Notes: generated from the sequence alone by a model not told the origin. A stretch of DNA of 60,399 bases from an uncultured Prevotella sp. (GCA_964370495.1 CAYJJH010000001.1:5499-65897); one strand, 5' to 3'. Shown: positions 37,384 through 47,566, counted from the stretch's first letter. Numbers and translations are program-made.

Positions 37384-38085
37384 TTATAACGCACTAAGTG
37401 GCTTTTGTGCAATCACAGATTTTATCTTTTCCTTTAATTCGCTTTCGTGGAATACGTGTCTCTCTTCTTCCCAGGTATAACTTAGGTCATAGTTGTCGGT
37501 AAGTTCAAATGTTTTAAATTTAAGTCCTTGCATATATGCAATCATTTTTATTGTTGGTTTTAATATACGCTTTGCTCTTTCGGGCAGGGCAGCGATATAT
37601 TTTTCAGAGAAGTCTATTTTATATGGCTTACCATTATTGTCAGTTGTAAATATAACGTTCTTTGTAAACTTTTGTATTTCAAGCATACATATAGATTGGT
37701 ACATGCTGTCTAGTCCCATTTTTTCGGTTTTGCTAAGTTGTAATGATAAATGAGGTTTGATTTTGCTTAACTCTGTTTTAATTAAAGGATCAAGAGAATT
37801 ATTACCAACTTCGGTTTTGAAGTAAGCAGATATTTGTGGGAATATAATTTCAACCTTGCTTTCGTCGATGCTGGAGCTGCTTATTACCGTATCTTTTTTT
37901 GCAAGTATTTTTTTTCTTATTTTATTTATTTCTCGTTCGGTTATATCTTTGAAAAATAGGTTTGTAAAAACATAAGCGCGTTCAAGAGAATTTCTTACAA
38001 TCATTTCAGATTTTGGGCAGACAACATCGCCGTTCTCAGTTATTTTGAAACTTGCATCTATTGCTAAACAACTTCTATAATCCAT
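37384..38085 (-). CDS. hypothetical protein embedded in the dnaA-dnaN operon
   Basis: 233-aa ORF with a GGGGGA SD. It lies 24 nt after dnaN and 8 nt before serS. No recognised motif. Confidence 0.55.
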   Translation of the reverse strand: MDYRSCLAIDASFKITENGDVVCPKSEMIVRNSLERAYVFTNLFFKDITEREINKIRKKILAKKDTVISSSSIDESKVEIIFPQISAYFKTEVGNNSLDPLIKTELSKIKPHLSLQLSKTEKMGLDSMYQSICMLEIQKFTKNVIFTTDNNGKPYKIDFSEKYIAALPERAKRILKPTIKMIAYMQGLKFKTFELTDNYDLSYTWEEERHVFHESELKEKIKSVIAQKPLSAL

Positions 38086-38109
38086 TTATAATCCCCCAAT
38101 TATTTTTAT

Positions 38110-39216
38110 TTATCCCAAACGCACAGGCAGTACAAGGAATAAATAGTCTTCTTTTTTTGCACCTGTAATAACGCATGGTGCAAGCGCCCCGTTAAATGAA
38201 ATTGTAATAAAATCATCTGTAATAGTATTTAACGCATCAAATAAATATTTTGCGTTAAATGCGATTTTAATATCTTGACCATCAAGATTTGCTGGTACGC
38301 GTTCGTTAATTTTACCCATTTCATTATTTGCGTTAATTTCAACTTGTTTATCTTTTGTTGATAGTGTAAGTACATTGACTTTGCCAACACCATACAATAA
38401 ACCAGCACGTCCAACCGCAGCACGGAAAGGTGCAGTTTCAACCACGATGTTTGAATTAAAAGCAGTAGGTATAATTTGTTTATAATTTACAAATTCTCCG
38501 TCAATTAATCTGGAAGCGAAAACTGTTGATCCAACCTGGATTTGTACAAATTTATTTTCAATGATGATATTGATAATGTCATTATCATCAATGATCATAC
38601 GCTTCATTTGATCAAGCGCGCTTGCAGGAATAATTATTTTTGCTGTTGTTTCGGCTTTAATGATTGGTTTAACCAATTTTGAAAGACGGAAACCATTAAG
38701 ACTTACAGTTGTTAAAGTATTGCTGGTAGCATCAATTTGGAATAATGTACCTCTTAAAACTGGGCGTGAATTGTCAGTAGATGTAAATGGTGTGCTTTTT
38801 GTAATTACATCACGAAGTTCGCCAGCTTTAATTGAAAAACTAGGTTTAGCAGATAAATTAACAAGATCAGGATATTCTTTAATAGGTAAGCAAGAAAAAT
38901 TACCATTGTTAGCATCTCCATGCTCGATAACTGCTGTATCATTGCTGCTTGTGAAAGTAATTTGTCCGTCTGTTACTTTGGCAATATATTCGCCAAATAA
39001 TTTGCCCGGTAAAACAGCTGATCCTTCTTCTTTTACTGTTGCGTGAATAGTGCTTCTTATATATAGCTCTAAATCAGTTGCAAAAAAAGTAACTTGGTCT
39101 TTTTCTGCCACTATTTTAATACCTTCTAAAATAGGGTTAAGTGTTCTGCCGTTTGCTGCGTGTGAAACGGTAGAAATCGCATTTTTTAGGTCACTGCCTT
39201 CACATATAAATTTCAT
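38110..39216 (-). CDS. dnaN: DNA polymerase III subunit beta
   Basis: MKFICEGSDLKNAISTVSHA start, three-domain length and an LPVRL C-terminus. Confidence 0.92.
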   Translation of the reverse strand: MKFICEGSDLKNAISTVSHAANGRTLNPILEGIKIVAEKDQVTFFATDLELYIRSTIHATVKEEGSAVLPGKLFGEYIAKVTDGQITFTSSNDTAVIEHGDANNGNFSCLPIKEYPDLVNLSAKPSFSIKAGELRDVITKSTPFTSTDNSRPVLRGTLFQIDATSNTLTTVSLNGFRLSKLVKPIIKAETTAKIIIPASALDQMKRMIIDDNDIINIIIENKFVQIQVGSTVFASRLIDGEFVNYKQIIPTAFNSNIVVETAPFRAAVGRAGLLYGVGKVNVLTLSTKDKQVEINANNEMGKINERVPANLDGQDIKIAFNAKYLFDALNTITDDFITISFNGALAPCVITGAKKEDYLFLVLPVRLG

Positions 39217-39248
39217 AAAAAAAATATATCATACTATCGGGGCAGTGT

Positions 39249-40601
39249 CTATTTGTTTAGTTGCGCCATTATGTCATCTATGGCTGTTTTAAGCTTTTCA
39301 TCCTTCTTCATTTGGGTTGCAATTTTATCACGAGAGTATATAACGGAAGCATGTGTTCTGCCGCCCAACATTTCGCCAACCTCGGTTAATGGTACATCAT
39401 TAAGTTTCTCTGTCATGATATAAGCCGCAACCATTCTTGGATAAGCTAATTCATCTGTACGTCTTTTACCTGTTAAATCATCTGGTGCAATGTTAAAGTA
39501 TGAACCTACGGTTGCAATGATTCTGGAACCGCTGTCAGTAAGTGAATTATAGTTATCTTCATTTGCAAGTGCGGACTTGCAATCTTCTAAGGTCGGGATA
39601 GTGCGATCGTTTAATTCTGCATAGAAAATTATTTTGAACAATCTACCTTCCATATCTCGTATATTTTCATTTATATTAAAAGAATGCTCTGCAATTATAG
39701 ATGCTATATCATCGGGTAAAAATTTACCTTCTAATTTAGATTTCTTTTGCAATATTGCAATTCGTGTTTCAACATCTGGGTTTCGTATATCTTGAAGTAA
39801 TCCGCCCTTAAATCTTGATTTCATTCTTTCTGCTAAGGTAGCAATTTCGTTTGGGTGGCGGTCACTGGTAATTATTATTTGTCTGTTGTGTTCGAATAGG
39901 TCATTAAAGGTATGAAAGAACTCTTCCTGTGTTGCTTGCTTGTTTGTAATTTCTTGCATATCATCAACCAACAATACATCGGCATTTCTGTACTTTTCAC
40001 GGAAAGCAGAGAAGTCACCTTTTTGACGAATAATCTCTACATAATCTTTTGTGAATTTTTGTATAGAGGTTAATATGATTTTAAGCTCAGGTTGGTTTTC
40101 CATAATATGGTTTGCAATAGCATTAAGCAAATGTGTCTTGCCAAGTCCAGATCGTCCATATATAAATAGAGGGTTGATTTTTTTACCTGGTTGTTTTGCT
40201 GTGAATTCTGCTGCGGCTGCAACCTCTTGATTAGACCTGCCGACTATGAAATTTTCAAATGTTTGTTGTGGGTTAATTGTATTATGTCTAACGATTTGAT
40301 CGGGCAATTGTACGGCTTCAGGTTCTTTATCTTTGTTCTCTCGTTTCTCTTTTTCTATTGCGTCTATTATAGTTATTTTTTCAACAATAGGCGCAACCGT
40401 TTTAACCGCATAATCAATATGTGGAAAATGTCTTTCATTATTTGCATAATTGGCATCTCGGGTAGAATTTGCAGATAATATAAAAGCCCCGTCTTCGAAT
40501 GCTTCCGGCATCAATGGTTTAATATACAAATCAAAAGATATGCTACTAACATTGTTTTCAATAATAGGCATAGCCTTCTTCCAAATTTCTTTTACGTCCA
40601 T
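39249..40601 (-). CDS. dnaA: chromosomal replication initiator protein DnaA
   Basis: NPLFIYGRSGLGKTHLL Walker A, LLVDDMQ, and a domain IV DnaA signature (HASVIYSRDKI). Confidence 0.95.
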   Translation of the reverse strand: MDVKEIWKKAMPIIENNVSSISFDLYIKPLMPEAFEDGAFILSANSTRDANYANNERHFPHIDYAVKTVAPIVEKITIIDAIEKEKRENKDKEPEAVQLPDQIVRHNTINPQQTFENFIVGRSNQEVAAAAEFTAKQPGKKINPLFIYGRSGLGKTHLLNAIANHIMENQPELKIILTSIQKFTKDYVEIIRQKGDFSAFREKYRNADVLLVDDMQEITNKQATQEEFFHTFNDLFEHNRQIIITSDRHPNEIATLAERMKSRFKGGLLQDIRNPDVETRIAILQKKSKLEGKFLPDDIASIIAEHSFNINENIRDMEGRLFKIIFYAELNDRTIPTLEDCKSALANEDNYNSLTDSGSRIIATVGSYFNIAPDDLTGKRRTDELAYPRMVAAYIMTEKLNDVPLTEVGEMLGGRTHASVIYSRDKIATQMKKDEKLKTAIDDIMAQLNK

Positions 40602-40634
40602 AACTAAATTACATTATAAGTTACTTACAATAAA

Positions 40635-40643
40635 TTGTCCACA
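40635..40643 (+). promoter_or_regulatory. DnaA box TTGTCCACA (8/9 match to TTATCCACA)
   Basis: The only DnaA-box-like 9-mer I can find in the 105-bp dnaA-rpmH intergenic region. Confidence 0.45.
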
Positions 40644-40669
40644 ATCTAAAACAAAATCAAAAGTTAGTG

Positions 40670-40699
40670 TTGACTACTTCGCCTAACATAATATATAAT
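40670..40699 (+). promoter_or_regulatory. putative rpmH promoter, leaderless geometry
   Basis: TTGACT, 18 nt, TATAAT. The ATG at 40707 lies 7 nt after the -10 and there is no SD. Confidence 0.5.
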
Positions 40700-40706
40700 T
40701 ATCTTT

Positions 40707-40844
40707 ATGAAAAGAACTTGGCAACCTAGTAAAATTAAAAGAGTCCGTACAGTAGGTTTTCGTAAAAGAATGAAAACAGCAGGGGGGCGTAATGTTTTGC
40801 GCCGTCGTAGAGCAAGAGGACGCAAAAAACTTATTAACCTATAA
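40707..40844 (+). CDS. rpmH: 50S ribosomal protein L34
   Basis: Not in the ORF track because it is short. Translation: [45 protein letters not shown]. Confidence 0.92.
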   Translation: MKRTWQPSKIKRVRTVGFRKRMKTAGGRNVLRRRRARGRKKLINL

Positions 40845-40846
40845 TT

Positions 40847-41179
40847 ATGTTACCTATTAAATATAGACTTAAAAAAAGAAAGACTTTTAATTACATTTAT
40901 AGAAATGGCAAACGATTAAGCGGCGACTTCGTTAATATTTTTTATTGCCCTACGGGTGGTATGAAAATTGGATTTAGTGCAAATAAAAAAGTTGGCAACA
41001 GCATAGTTCGTCATAGGGCAGTAAGACTTATGCGTGAAGGGGTTAAACCGTTACTTAATAAATTAAATACAAAAAATAATTATATTTTTATTGCAAAAGA
41101 AGGCTTGCAAAAACAACACCTTCTATATATAACATTAGATATTGAAAAGACTTTGAAAAACTCTAACCTTGTGATATAG
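40847..41179 (+). CDS. rnpA: ribonuclease P protein component
   Basis: Starts 3 nt after rpmH. Basic 110-aa protein with KYRLKKRKTFNYIYRNGKR. Confidence 0.85.
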   Translation: MLPIKYRLKKRKTFNYIYRNGKRLSGDFVNIFYCPTGGMKIGFSANKKVGNSIVRHRAVRLMREGVKPLLNKLNTKNNYIFIAKEGLQKQHLLYITLDIEKTLKNSNLVI

Positions 41180-41187
41180 TATACGCT

Positions 41188-42294
41188 ATGGATGTAGTTT
41201 TTCCGTCTACCGATAATTGGATAATAGAATTTGTTTACTGGATGATAGAAAGCATTTTAAGTTGGGGCTGGCTATCCTATGGATTTGCTATCATATTTAT
41301 GACCTTGTTCATAAAGTTGATAATGTCTCCGCTTGATTTCTTGAACAGATATTTTACAAGAAAAAATCAATTAAGAATGCAGGAGTTCGCGCCCGAAGAA
41401 GAAAAGCTTAAAAAGATATACGCAAATGATCCTATGGCTTATATGAAAGCAAGATCTGAACTTCACCGCAGAGATGGTAATGGCGGCAGCGGTGGGATGG
41501 CATTGGTAATGCTAACTAGTGTAGTTTTAAGTATGATAGTTTTTTTTAATGTGTTTGGTGCACTTGGTGATATATCTAATGCTAACTTAAATCAACAATA
41601 TGCAAAGTTGGAAGCAGTATATGATCAATATAGTGCAAGTGGAGAAGAGACATTAAAAGCCGAACTTAATGAAGAATTTGATAATACGACCACTCCATTT
41701 TTATGGGTAAAAAACATATGGCGATCCGATAGCATGTGGACAGATTCAGTTATGACATTTGAAGAGTACCAAGACAGTTTTGCAGATGGCGTAATTGCAG
41801 ATTCTGAAAAAGCCAAATACGAAGAAATATATGGATACATAGATGCAGACAAAAAAGGTATGAATGGTTGGTTGATACTTGTAATAATGGTTGCTTTAGC
41901 CAGCTGGGGAAGTATGAAATTGACTACCTATATGACCAGCAAAAATGCACCAAAGAAAACAACAACGGAAGCAGAAAAGGTTGAACCAATTATTACCTAT
42001 TCATTAAGAGATGCAAAAGAGCAATCAAGTGATGTGCCAAACATAGATCCTGCTCAGGTAGGAAATATGATGCAGGTTATTATGCCTGTAATATTAATCT
42101 TCTTTGCTATTGGACAAACCGCTGCATTTGCTGTGTATATGATTTCGTCTTCTGTTATTACAACAGGTCTTAATATGCTTTACTCTTGGGCAACCAATTT
42201 AATGCTTAAAAATCAAAAGCCCAAGGTTAAAATAGGTGGGTTTGATTCTAACATAATAAATCCACACGCAAAATACTTTAAGGGAGGAAAATAA
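41188..42294 (+). CDS. yidC: membrane protein insertase YidC/Oxa1 family
   Basis: Position after rnpA. TM core with IKLIMSPL and a C-terminal amphipathic/TM region. Confidence 0.8.
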   Translation: MDVVFPSTDNWIIEFVYWMIESILSWGWLSYGFAIIFMTLFIKLIMSPLDFLNRYFTRKNQLRMQEFAPEEEKLKKIYANDPMAYMKARSELHRRDGNGGSGGMALVMLTSVVLSMIVFFNVFGALGDISNANLNQQYAKLEAVYDQYSASGEETLKAELNEEFDNTTTPFLWVKNIWRSDSMWTDSVMTFEEYQDSFADGVIADSEKAKYEEIYGYIDADKKGMNGWLILVIMVALASWGSMKLTTYMTSKNAPKKTTTEAEKVEPIITYSLRDAKEQSSDVPNIDPAQVGNMMQVIMPVILIFFAIGQTAAFAVYMISSSVITTGLNMLYSWATNLMLKNQKPKVKIGGFDSNIINPHAKYFKGGK

Positions 42295-42295
42295 T

Positions 42296-43066
42296 ATGAA
42301 GTCAGTAGAAATTTTGGCGAAGTCAATTGATGAAGCTATAACAAAAGGATGCGAAGAACTTGGCGTAGATATAAGCGAAGTTGATTTTGACATCTTGGAA
42401 GAAGCAGGGCTTTTCCGTAAAATGAAGGTTAAGATTTCGCTTAAAAAAAGCGACGAGCCAGCACCAGTTAAAGAAATTGCAGATGAACCTGTAAAAGAGG
42501 AAGAGGTAAAAACCTCGGATGTTGAAGAGTTTGAAATGGGTGGAGCAGTAAAAAGCGAAAAACCAAAAAAAGAAAGAGTAGAACGACCAGTTACAGAATT
42601 TGATGAAAAGTGTCCAAAGTTTGTTAAGACACTTGAATTTGCTACAAAATTCTTTGCCGAGATGGACAGCAGTTTGAAGATAACAACTTCACACAATGAC
42701 AGAGAGTTTATAATTTCTGTTGATGGCGAAGAAGTATCCAGATTGATTGGAAAAGAAGGTAAAACATTGGCTGCTATAAATACATTGGTAAGCAGCGTTG
42801 CAATAAGCAACAGCAATGGCGAACCAAGAAGAGTAATCGTAGATATTGCTAATTACAGAGAAAAAAGAAAAGAAAGCCTTATCGCTCTTGCGAAAAGAAA
42901 AGCTGAGTATGTAAAAGAAAGCGGCAAAGCTGTTAAACTTGAACCTATGCCAGCCAGAGAAAGAGTAGTTGTGCATATGACTTTGCAAGATATCGAAGGC
43001 ATAATTACACAAAGTGAAGGCAATGAACCACACCGTTATTTAGTAATAAAACCAGGCGCAAGATAA
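42296..43066 (+). CDS. jag: Jag/KhpB RNA-binding protein (Jag_N-KH-R3H)
   Basis: Jag_N start MKSVEILAKSIDEAITKGCEELGV, an acidic linker, a KH-like region (IGKEGKTLAAIN) and an R3H-like C-terminus. Confidence 0.85.
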   Translation: MKSVEILAKSIDEAITKGCEELGVDISEVDFDILEEAGLFRKMKVKISLKKSDEPAPVKEIADEPVKEEEVKTSDVEEFEMGGAVKSEKPKKERVERPVTEFDEKCPKFVKTLEFATKFFAEMDSSLKITTSHNDREFIISVDGEEVSRLIGKEGKTLAAINTLVSSVAISNSNGEPRRVIVDIANYREKRKESLIALAKRKAEYVKESGKAVKLEPMPARERVVVHMTLQDIEGIITQSEGNEPHRYLVIKPGAR

Positions 43067-43086
43067 GTATATTTTACCTAAAATCG

Positions 43087-43116
43087 TTGCCTTTAAGGGG
43101 GCTTTTATGCTATAAT
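43087..43116 (+). promoter_or_regulatory. putative gyrB promoter with extended -10
   Basis: TTGCCT, 18 nt, TGcTATAAT. The ATG at 43125 lies 8 nt after the -10. Confidence 0.45.
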
Positions 43117-43118
43117 AG

Positions 43119-45071
43119 ATGATTATGGCTATTGACAAAAATAAAGGCGCTAGCGCCCCTAAAGGCGCAGCAAAAAATGAATATGGAGCAAAAGATATCA
43201 CAGTTCTTGAGGGTTTGGACCCTGTAAGAAAAAGACCGGGTATGTACATCGGATCAACCGATGTGCGCGGGTTACATCACCTTGTAGTCGAAGTTGTTGA
43301 TAACAGTGTCGACGAAGCTTTGGCGGGGTATTGTAAAGAAATCAGTGTAGATATTCAAAAAGACGGTTCAGTTTCTATCACAGATAACGGCCGTGGTATT
43401 CCAACAGGTATTCACCCAACAGAGAAGGTTTCTGCCGTGCAATTGGTTTTAACAAAACTGCATGCTGGTGGTAAATTTGGAAAAGGTGGATATACAATCT
43501 CGGGTGGTTTGCATGGTGTTGGTGTGTCTGTTGTTAATGCTTTATCAGAATGGTTGGACGTAGAGGTTTGGCAAGATGGAAAAGCTTTTAAGCAAACATA
43601 TAACCGTGGTGTTCCACAAGCAGCGTTAAAGGAAACAGGTAAAACCGATAAGCGCGGAACAAAAATAACATTTTATCCAGATGATGAAATTTTTGACACA
43701 ATAGATTTTAACTATGAAACAATGAAAGTTAGACTTCGTGAGGTTGCTTTCCTTAATAAAGGATTGGTAATCAAAGCAAGTGATGCAAGACCAGGTAGAG
43801 AGCACAAAGACGTTTTCTGCTATAAAGGCGGTATAATTGAGTTCGTTGAAAGTTTGAACAAAGGTAAAACCTTGGTTGTGCCAGAAATTATTTATATAAA
43901 TAAAAAGAACAAAACAAATGAAGTAGAAGTCGCTTTCCAATGGAATGATGGTTACAGCGAAAACATACATGCTTATGCTAATAACATCAACACAGAAGAA
44001 GGTGGTGTGCATTTAATAGGTTTCAGAAATGCATTATCCAAAGCAATCAATGATTATGGTAAAAAAGTAAACCTACTTAGAGATTCTGAAAAACTTTCTA
44101 TTGAAGACGTGCTTGAAGGTATCGTTGCAATTATATCTGTTAAATTGGAAGAGCCACAATTTGAAGGTCAAACAAAAACTAAGCTTGGTAACGCTTATAT
44201 GCGTGGTGAAGTAGAAAAGGTTGTCCAAGAAAGATTTGGAGAGTTCCTGGAAGAAAATCCTAAATATGGTAAAGATCTTATTGTTAAATGCCAAACAGCA
44301 AAAAATGCCAGAGAGGCAGCAAGAAGAGCAAAAGATCTTATTCATAAAAAAGGATCATTTGAAAACACTACATTGCCAGGTAAGTTAGCAGATTGTACAG
44401 AAAGAGATCCAAAACTATGTGAAATATATATTGTTGAGGGTCAATCTGCGGGCGGAACAGCAAAGCAAGGAAGAGATAGAAGGTTCCAGGCTATATTGCC
44501 TCTTCGTGGTAAAATACTTAACGTAGAAAAAGCAAGACTTACAAGAGTTCTTGAAAACCAAGAAATTAAAAATATGATTACTGCATTTGGTTGCGGTATC
44601 CAAGAAGATTTTGATATTACAAGATTAAGATATCATAAAATTGTAACTATGACGGATGCGGACGTGGATGGAAGTCATATCCGTGTGTTGCTACTTACAT
44701 TCTTCTACCGTTTTATGCGTCCATTGGTAGAGGGTGGATATATCTATGCTGCTCAACCACCACTTTATAAAATAACACAGGGCGGTAAAGAAAGTTATGC
44801 ATATAACGATGCCGAACTTGAAAGTATGTTAAGCAAAGGTGCCAGAGGGAAAGCAAATGTTCAACGATACAAAGGTTTGGGTGAAATGAACGCGGAGCAA
44901 CTTTGGGACACAACAATGAATCCAGAAAACAGAACATTGGTACAAATAACATTAGAAGATGCTTTTGCAGCGGATGAAATTTTCTCTACACTTATGGGAG
45001 AAAAGCCAGAACTAAGAAGAGAATATATAGAGCGTAATGCTGCGGCATTCGTATCTAATTTGGATATTTAA
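43119..45071 (+). CDS. gyrB: DNA gyrase subunit B
   Basis: VLEGLDPVRKRPGMYIG, the GHKL ATPase motifs, Toprim EGQSAGG and PLRGKILNVEKA. The start may be the ATG at 43125. Confidence 0.95.
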   Translation: MIMAIDKNKGASAPKGAAKNEYGAKDITVLEGLDPVRKRPGMYIGSTDVRGLHHLVVEVVDNSVDEALAGYCKEISVDIQKDGSVSITDNGRGIPTGIHPTEKVSAVQLVLTKLHAGGKFGKGGYTISGGLHGVGVSVVNALSEWLDVEVWQDGKAFKQTYNRGVPQAALKETGKTDKRGTKITFYPDDEIFDTIDFNYETMKVRLREVAFLNKGLVIKASDARPGREHKDVFCYKGGIIEFVESLNKGKTLVVPEIIYINKKNKTNEVEVAFQWNDGYSENIHAYANNINTEEGGVHLIGFRNALSKAINDYGKKVNLLRDSEKLSIEDVLEGIVAIISVKLEEPQFEGQTKTKLGNAYMRGEVEKVVQERFGEFLEENPKYGKDLIVKCQTAKNAREAARRAKDLIHKKGSFENTTLPGKLADCTERDPKLCEIYIVEGQSAGGTAKQGRDRRFQAILPLRGKILNVEKARLTRVLENQEIKNMITAFGCGIQEDFDITRLRYHKIVTMTDADVDGSHIRVLLLTFFYRFMRPLVEGGYIYAAQPPLYKITQGGKESYAYNDAELESMLSKGARGKANVQRYKGLGEMNAEQLWDTTMNPENRTLVQITLEDAFAADEIFSTLMGEKPELRREYIERNAAAFVSNLDI

Positions 45072-45083
45072 GGAGCAAAGTAA

Positions 45084-47561
45084 ATGAGAAAGAAAGATTA
45101 TAGCGAAGAATTATCAGAAATAGTAGATAATACTAAGTATGTAAAAGTAAAGGTCGAAGACGAAGTTCACAAGTCATTTATGTCATATGCGATGATGGTT
45201 AACATCAGCCGTGCTATACCAGATGTTCGTGACGGACTTAAACCTGTGCATAGAAGAATATTGCACTCTATGAATGAACTTGGGATTCATCATGATAAGC
45301 CATTCAAAAAATGTGCGCGTATCGTTGGTGATACCATGGGTAAATATCACCCACACGGTGATAGCTCTGTTTATGATGCATTGGTTAGACTTGCTCAACC
45401 TTTTACAATTAATATGCCTCTTATTGATGGACACGGAAACTTTGGTTCTGTGGATGATGATCCACCAGCAGCAATGCGTTATACAGAAGCAAGACTTTCT
45501 GCGGTAGCAAGCGAGATGCTTCGTGAGATAGATAAAAACACCGTGGACTTTGTTCCAAACTTTGATGAAACAGAACAACAACCATCTGTGTTGCCAGCAA
45601 GATTTCCAAACCTGCTTGTAAACGGCAGTGACGGTATCGCGGTAGGTATGGCTACAAACATACCACCACATAACCTTGGTGAAGTAATAGACGGTGTTGT
45701 TGCCTTAATTGACAACGCAGATATAGAAGTAGAGCAGTTGATGAGAATAATCCCTGCACCAGACTATCCAACGGGTGGTATCATAATGGGCAGAGCAGCA
45801 TTAAGACATGCATACAAAACAGGGCGCGGGAACATTGTTCTTCGTGCAACCACAGAAATTGAAGAAAGCCAAAACAAAAGCAGCAGAATTATAATTACTG
45901 AAATACCTTATCAAGTTAACAAAGCTAAGTTGGTTGAAAGTATTGCAAACCTTGTTAGAGAAAAGAAAATCGAAGGTATAGCAGGCATACAGGAAGAATC
46001 CGACAGACACGGTATGAGAATTGTTGTTGTACTTAAAAAAGACGCACAAGCGCAAGTGGTATTAACCAATTTATTCAAACAAACACAATTACAAATTTCT
46101 ATGGGGATTATATTCCTTGCTCTTGTTGGCAATGAACCTAAGGTACTTAATCTTAAAGAAATGCTTTATTACTATCTTGAACACCAAAAAGAAGTAATAG
46201 TTCGCAGAACAAAGTTTGATTTAGAAAAAGCCGAAGACCGCGCTCATATATTAGAAGGTCTTGTTAAAGCACTTGCTAATATTGACGAAGTTGTTAAAAT
46301 CATTAAATCAAGTAAAGACAAATTTGATGCAGGCGAAAAATTAACAAAGAAATTTGCATTAAGTGATAAGCAAGCAAACGCAATACTTGAAATGAGACTT
46401 CAAAGATTAACAAGTCTTGAAGTTGAAAAACTTAAAGCTGAGCTTGAAGAAATAAAGAAACTTATTGCAGAATTAAAATCTATATTAGCATCTCCACGCA
46501 AAGTATTAGATGTTATAAGAAAAGAAATACTTGAAATCCGTGAAAAGTATGCTATTGAACGTGTAACAGAACTTACTACGGATTACGGCGAAATAGACAT
46601 AGCAGATCTTATTGAGAAAGAAGATGTTGCTGTTTCTATGACTCACTTAGGGTATATTAAAAGATTACCACTTGGAGAATACAAATCTCAACGTCGTGGA
46701 GGCAAGGGAAGTAACAGCCACGCAACAAAAGAAGAAGACTTTGTGGAAAGAATGTTTGTAACAAATACTCACCATGATTTATTGTTCTTTACAGATGTGG
46801 GTAAAGTATATCGTATAAAAGCTTTCGAGGTTCCAGAAGCAGGAAAAGGCACAAAGGGCCGTGCAATAGTAAACCTATTACATCTTGGGAATGAAGAAAG
46901 AGTAACCGCGGTTATTCCAATCGAAGATTATGAATCTGGACACATTATGCTTGCTACTTCTCTTGGTATGATTAAGAAAACAAAATGTAGTGAATTCGCA
47001 AGAATAGTAAGAACAGGTAAAATTGCAATATCATTACACGATGGGGACAGCTTAATTGGTGCAGCAAGAACATCGGGTGCTGATGAAATTATTATGGCAT
47101 CTCAAACAGGTAAATGTATAAGATTCAGTGAAGAAGATGTTCGTGCAATGGGAAGAACTGCGGCTGGTGTTAAGAGTATGAATATTGACAAAGAATCCGA
47201 CAACATCGTAGATATGAGCGTAATTGAACCAGGTTGTGAAATACTTACAATATCTGCAAATGGATATGGTAAACGAAGCGACCCAGATGATTACAGATTA
47301 CAATCCAGAGCAGGTAAAGGAATTAAAGCGGGTGTGTTTAATGAAAAAACAGGTCCACTTGTAAACCTTAAACAAGTAAGATTAGAACAAGACATTATGC
47401 TTATAAATGACAATGGAACAATGATAAGAACAAAAGCAAGCTATATATCTAAGATAGGTAGAGATACGCAAGGTGTTCGTGTTATGAAGGTTGATACAGG
47501 TCATAAGATAGTTGGTGTTGCTGTTGCAGAACCACAGGAAGAGGAAGAAGGAGAAGAGTAA
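45084..47561 (+). CDS. gyrA: DNA gyrase subunit A
   Basis: DGLKPVHRRIL, a QRDR-like GDSSVYDALVRLAQ, the catalytic AAMRYTE, a beta-pinwheel CTD and an acidic tail. Confidence 0.95.
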   Translation: MRKKDYSEELSEIVDNTKYVKVKVEDEVHKSFMSYAMMVNISRAIPDVRDGLKPVHRRILHSMNELGIHHDKPFKKCARIVGDTMGKYHPHGDSSVYDALVRLAQPFTINMPLIDGHGNFGSVDDDPPAAMRYTEARLSAVASEMLREIDKNTVDFVPNFDETEQQPSVLPARFPNLLVNGSDGIAVGMATNIPPHNLGEVIDGVVALIDNADIEVEQLMRIIPAPDYPTGGIIMGRAALRHAYKTGRGNIVLRATTEIEESQNKSSRIIITEIPYQVNKAKLVESIANLVREKKIEGIAGIQEESDRHGMRIVVVLKKDAQAQVVLTNLFKQTQLQISMGIIFLALVGNEPKVLNLKEMLYYYLEHQKEVIVRRTKFDLEKAEDRAHILEGLVKALANIDEVVKIIKSSKDKFDAGEKLTKKFALSDKQANAILEMRLQRLTSLEVEKLKAELEEIKKLIAELKSILASPRKVLDVIRKEILEIREKYAIERVTELTTDYGEIDIADLIEKEDVAVSMTHLGYIKRLPLGEYKSQRRGGKGSNSHATKEEDFVERMFVTNTHHDLLFFTDVGKVYRIKAFEVPEAGKGTKGRAIVNLLHLGNEERVTAVIPIEDYESGHIMLATSLGMIKKTKCSEFARIVRTGKIAISLHDGDSLIGAARTSGADEIIMASQTGKCIRFSEEDVRAMGRTAAGVKSMNIDKESDNIVDMSVIEPGCEILTISANGYGKRSDPDDYRLQSRAGKGIKAGVFNEKTGPLVNLKQVRLEQDIMLINDNGTMIRTKASYISKIGRDTQGVRVMKVDTGHKIVGVAVAEPQEEEEGEE

Positions 47562-47566
47562 TCTCT

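Noticed and set aside
36948-37397. 149-aa plus-strand ORF
   Set aside because: It is antisense to the serS N-terminal coiled-coil region, a low-complexity shadow frame.
42199-42816. 205-aa minus-strand ORF spanning the yidC/jag junction
   Set aside because: It is antisense to two well-supported conserved genes, is a low-complexity Ser-rich translation, and has no SD.
45183-45671. 162-aa minus-strand ORF and other small ORFs inside gyrA/gyrB/leuS
   Set aside because: These are antisense or out-of-frame ORFs within highly conserved genes, and their composition is typical of non-coding frames.
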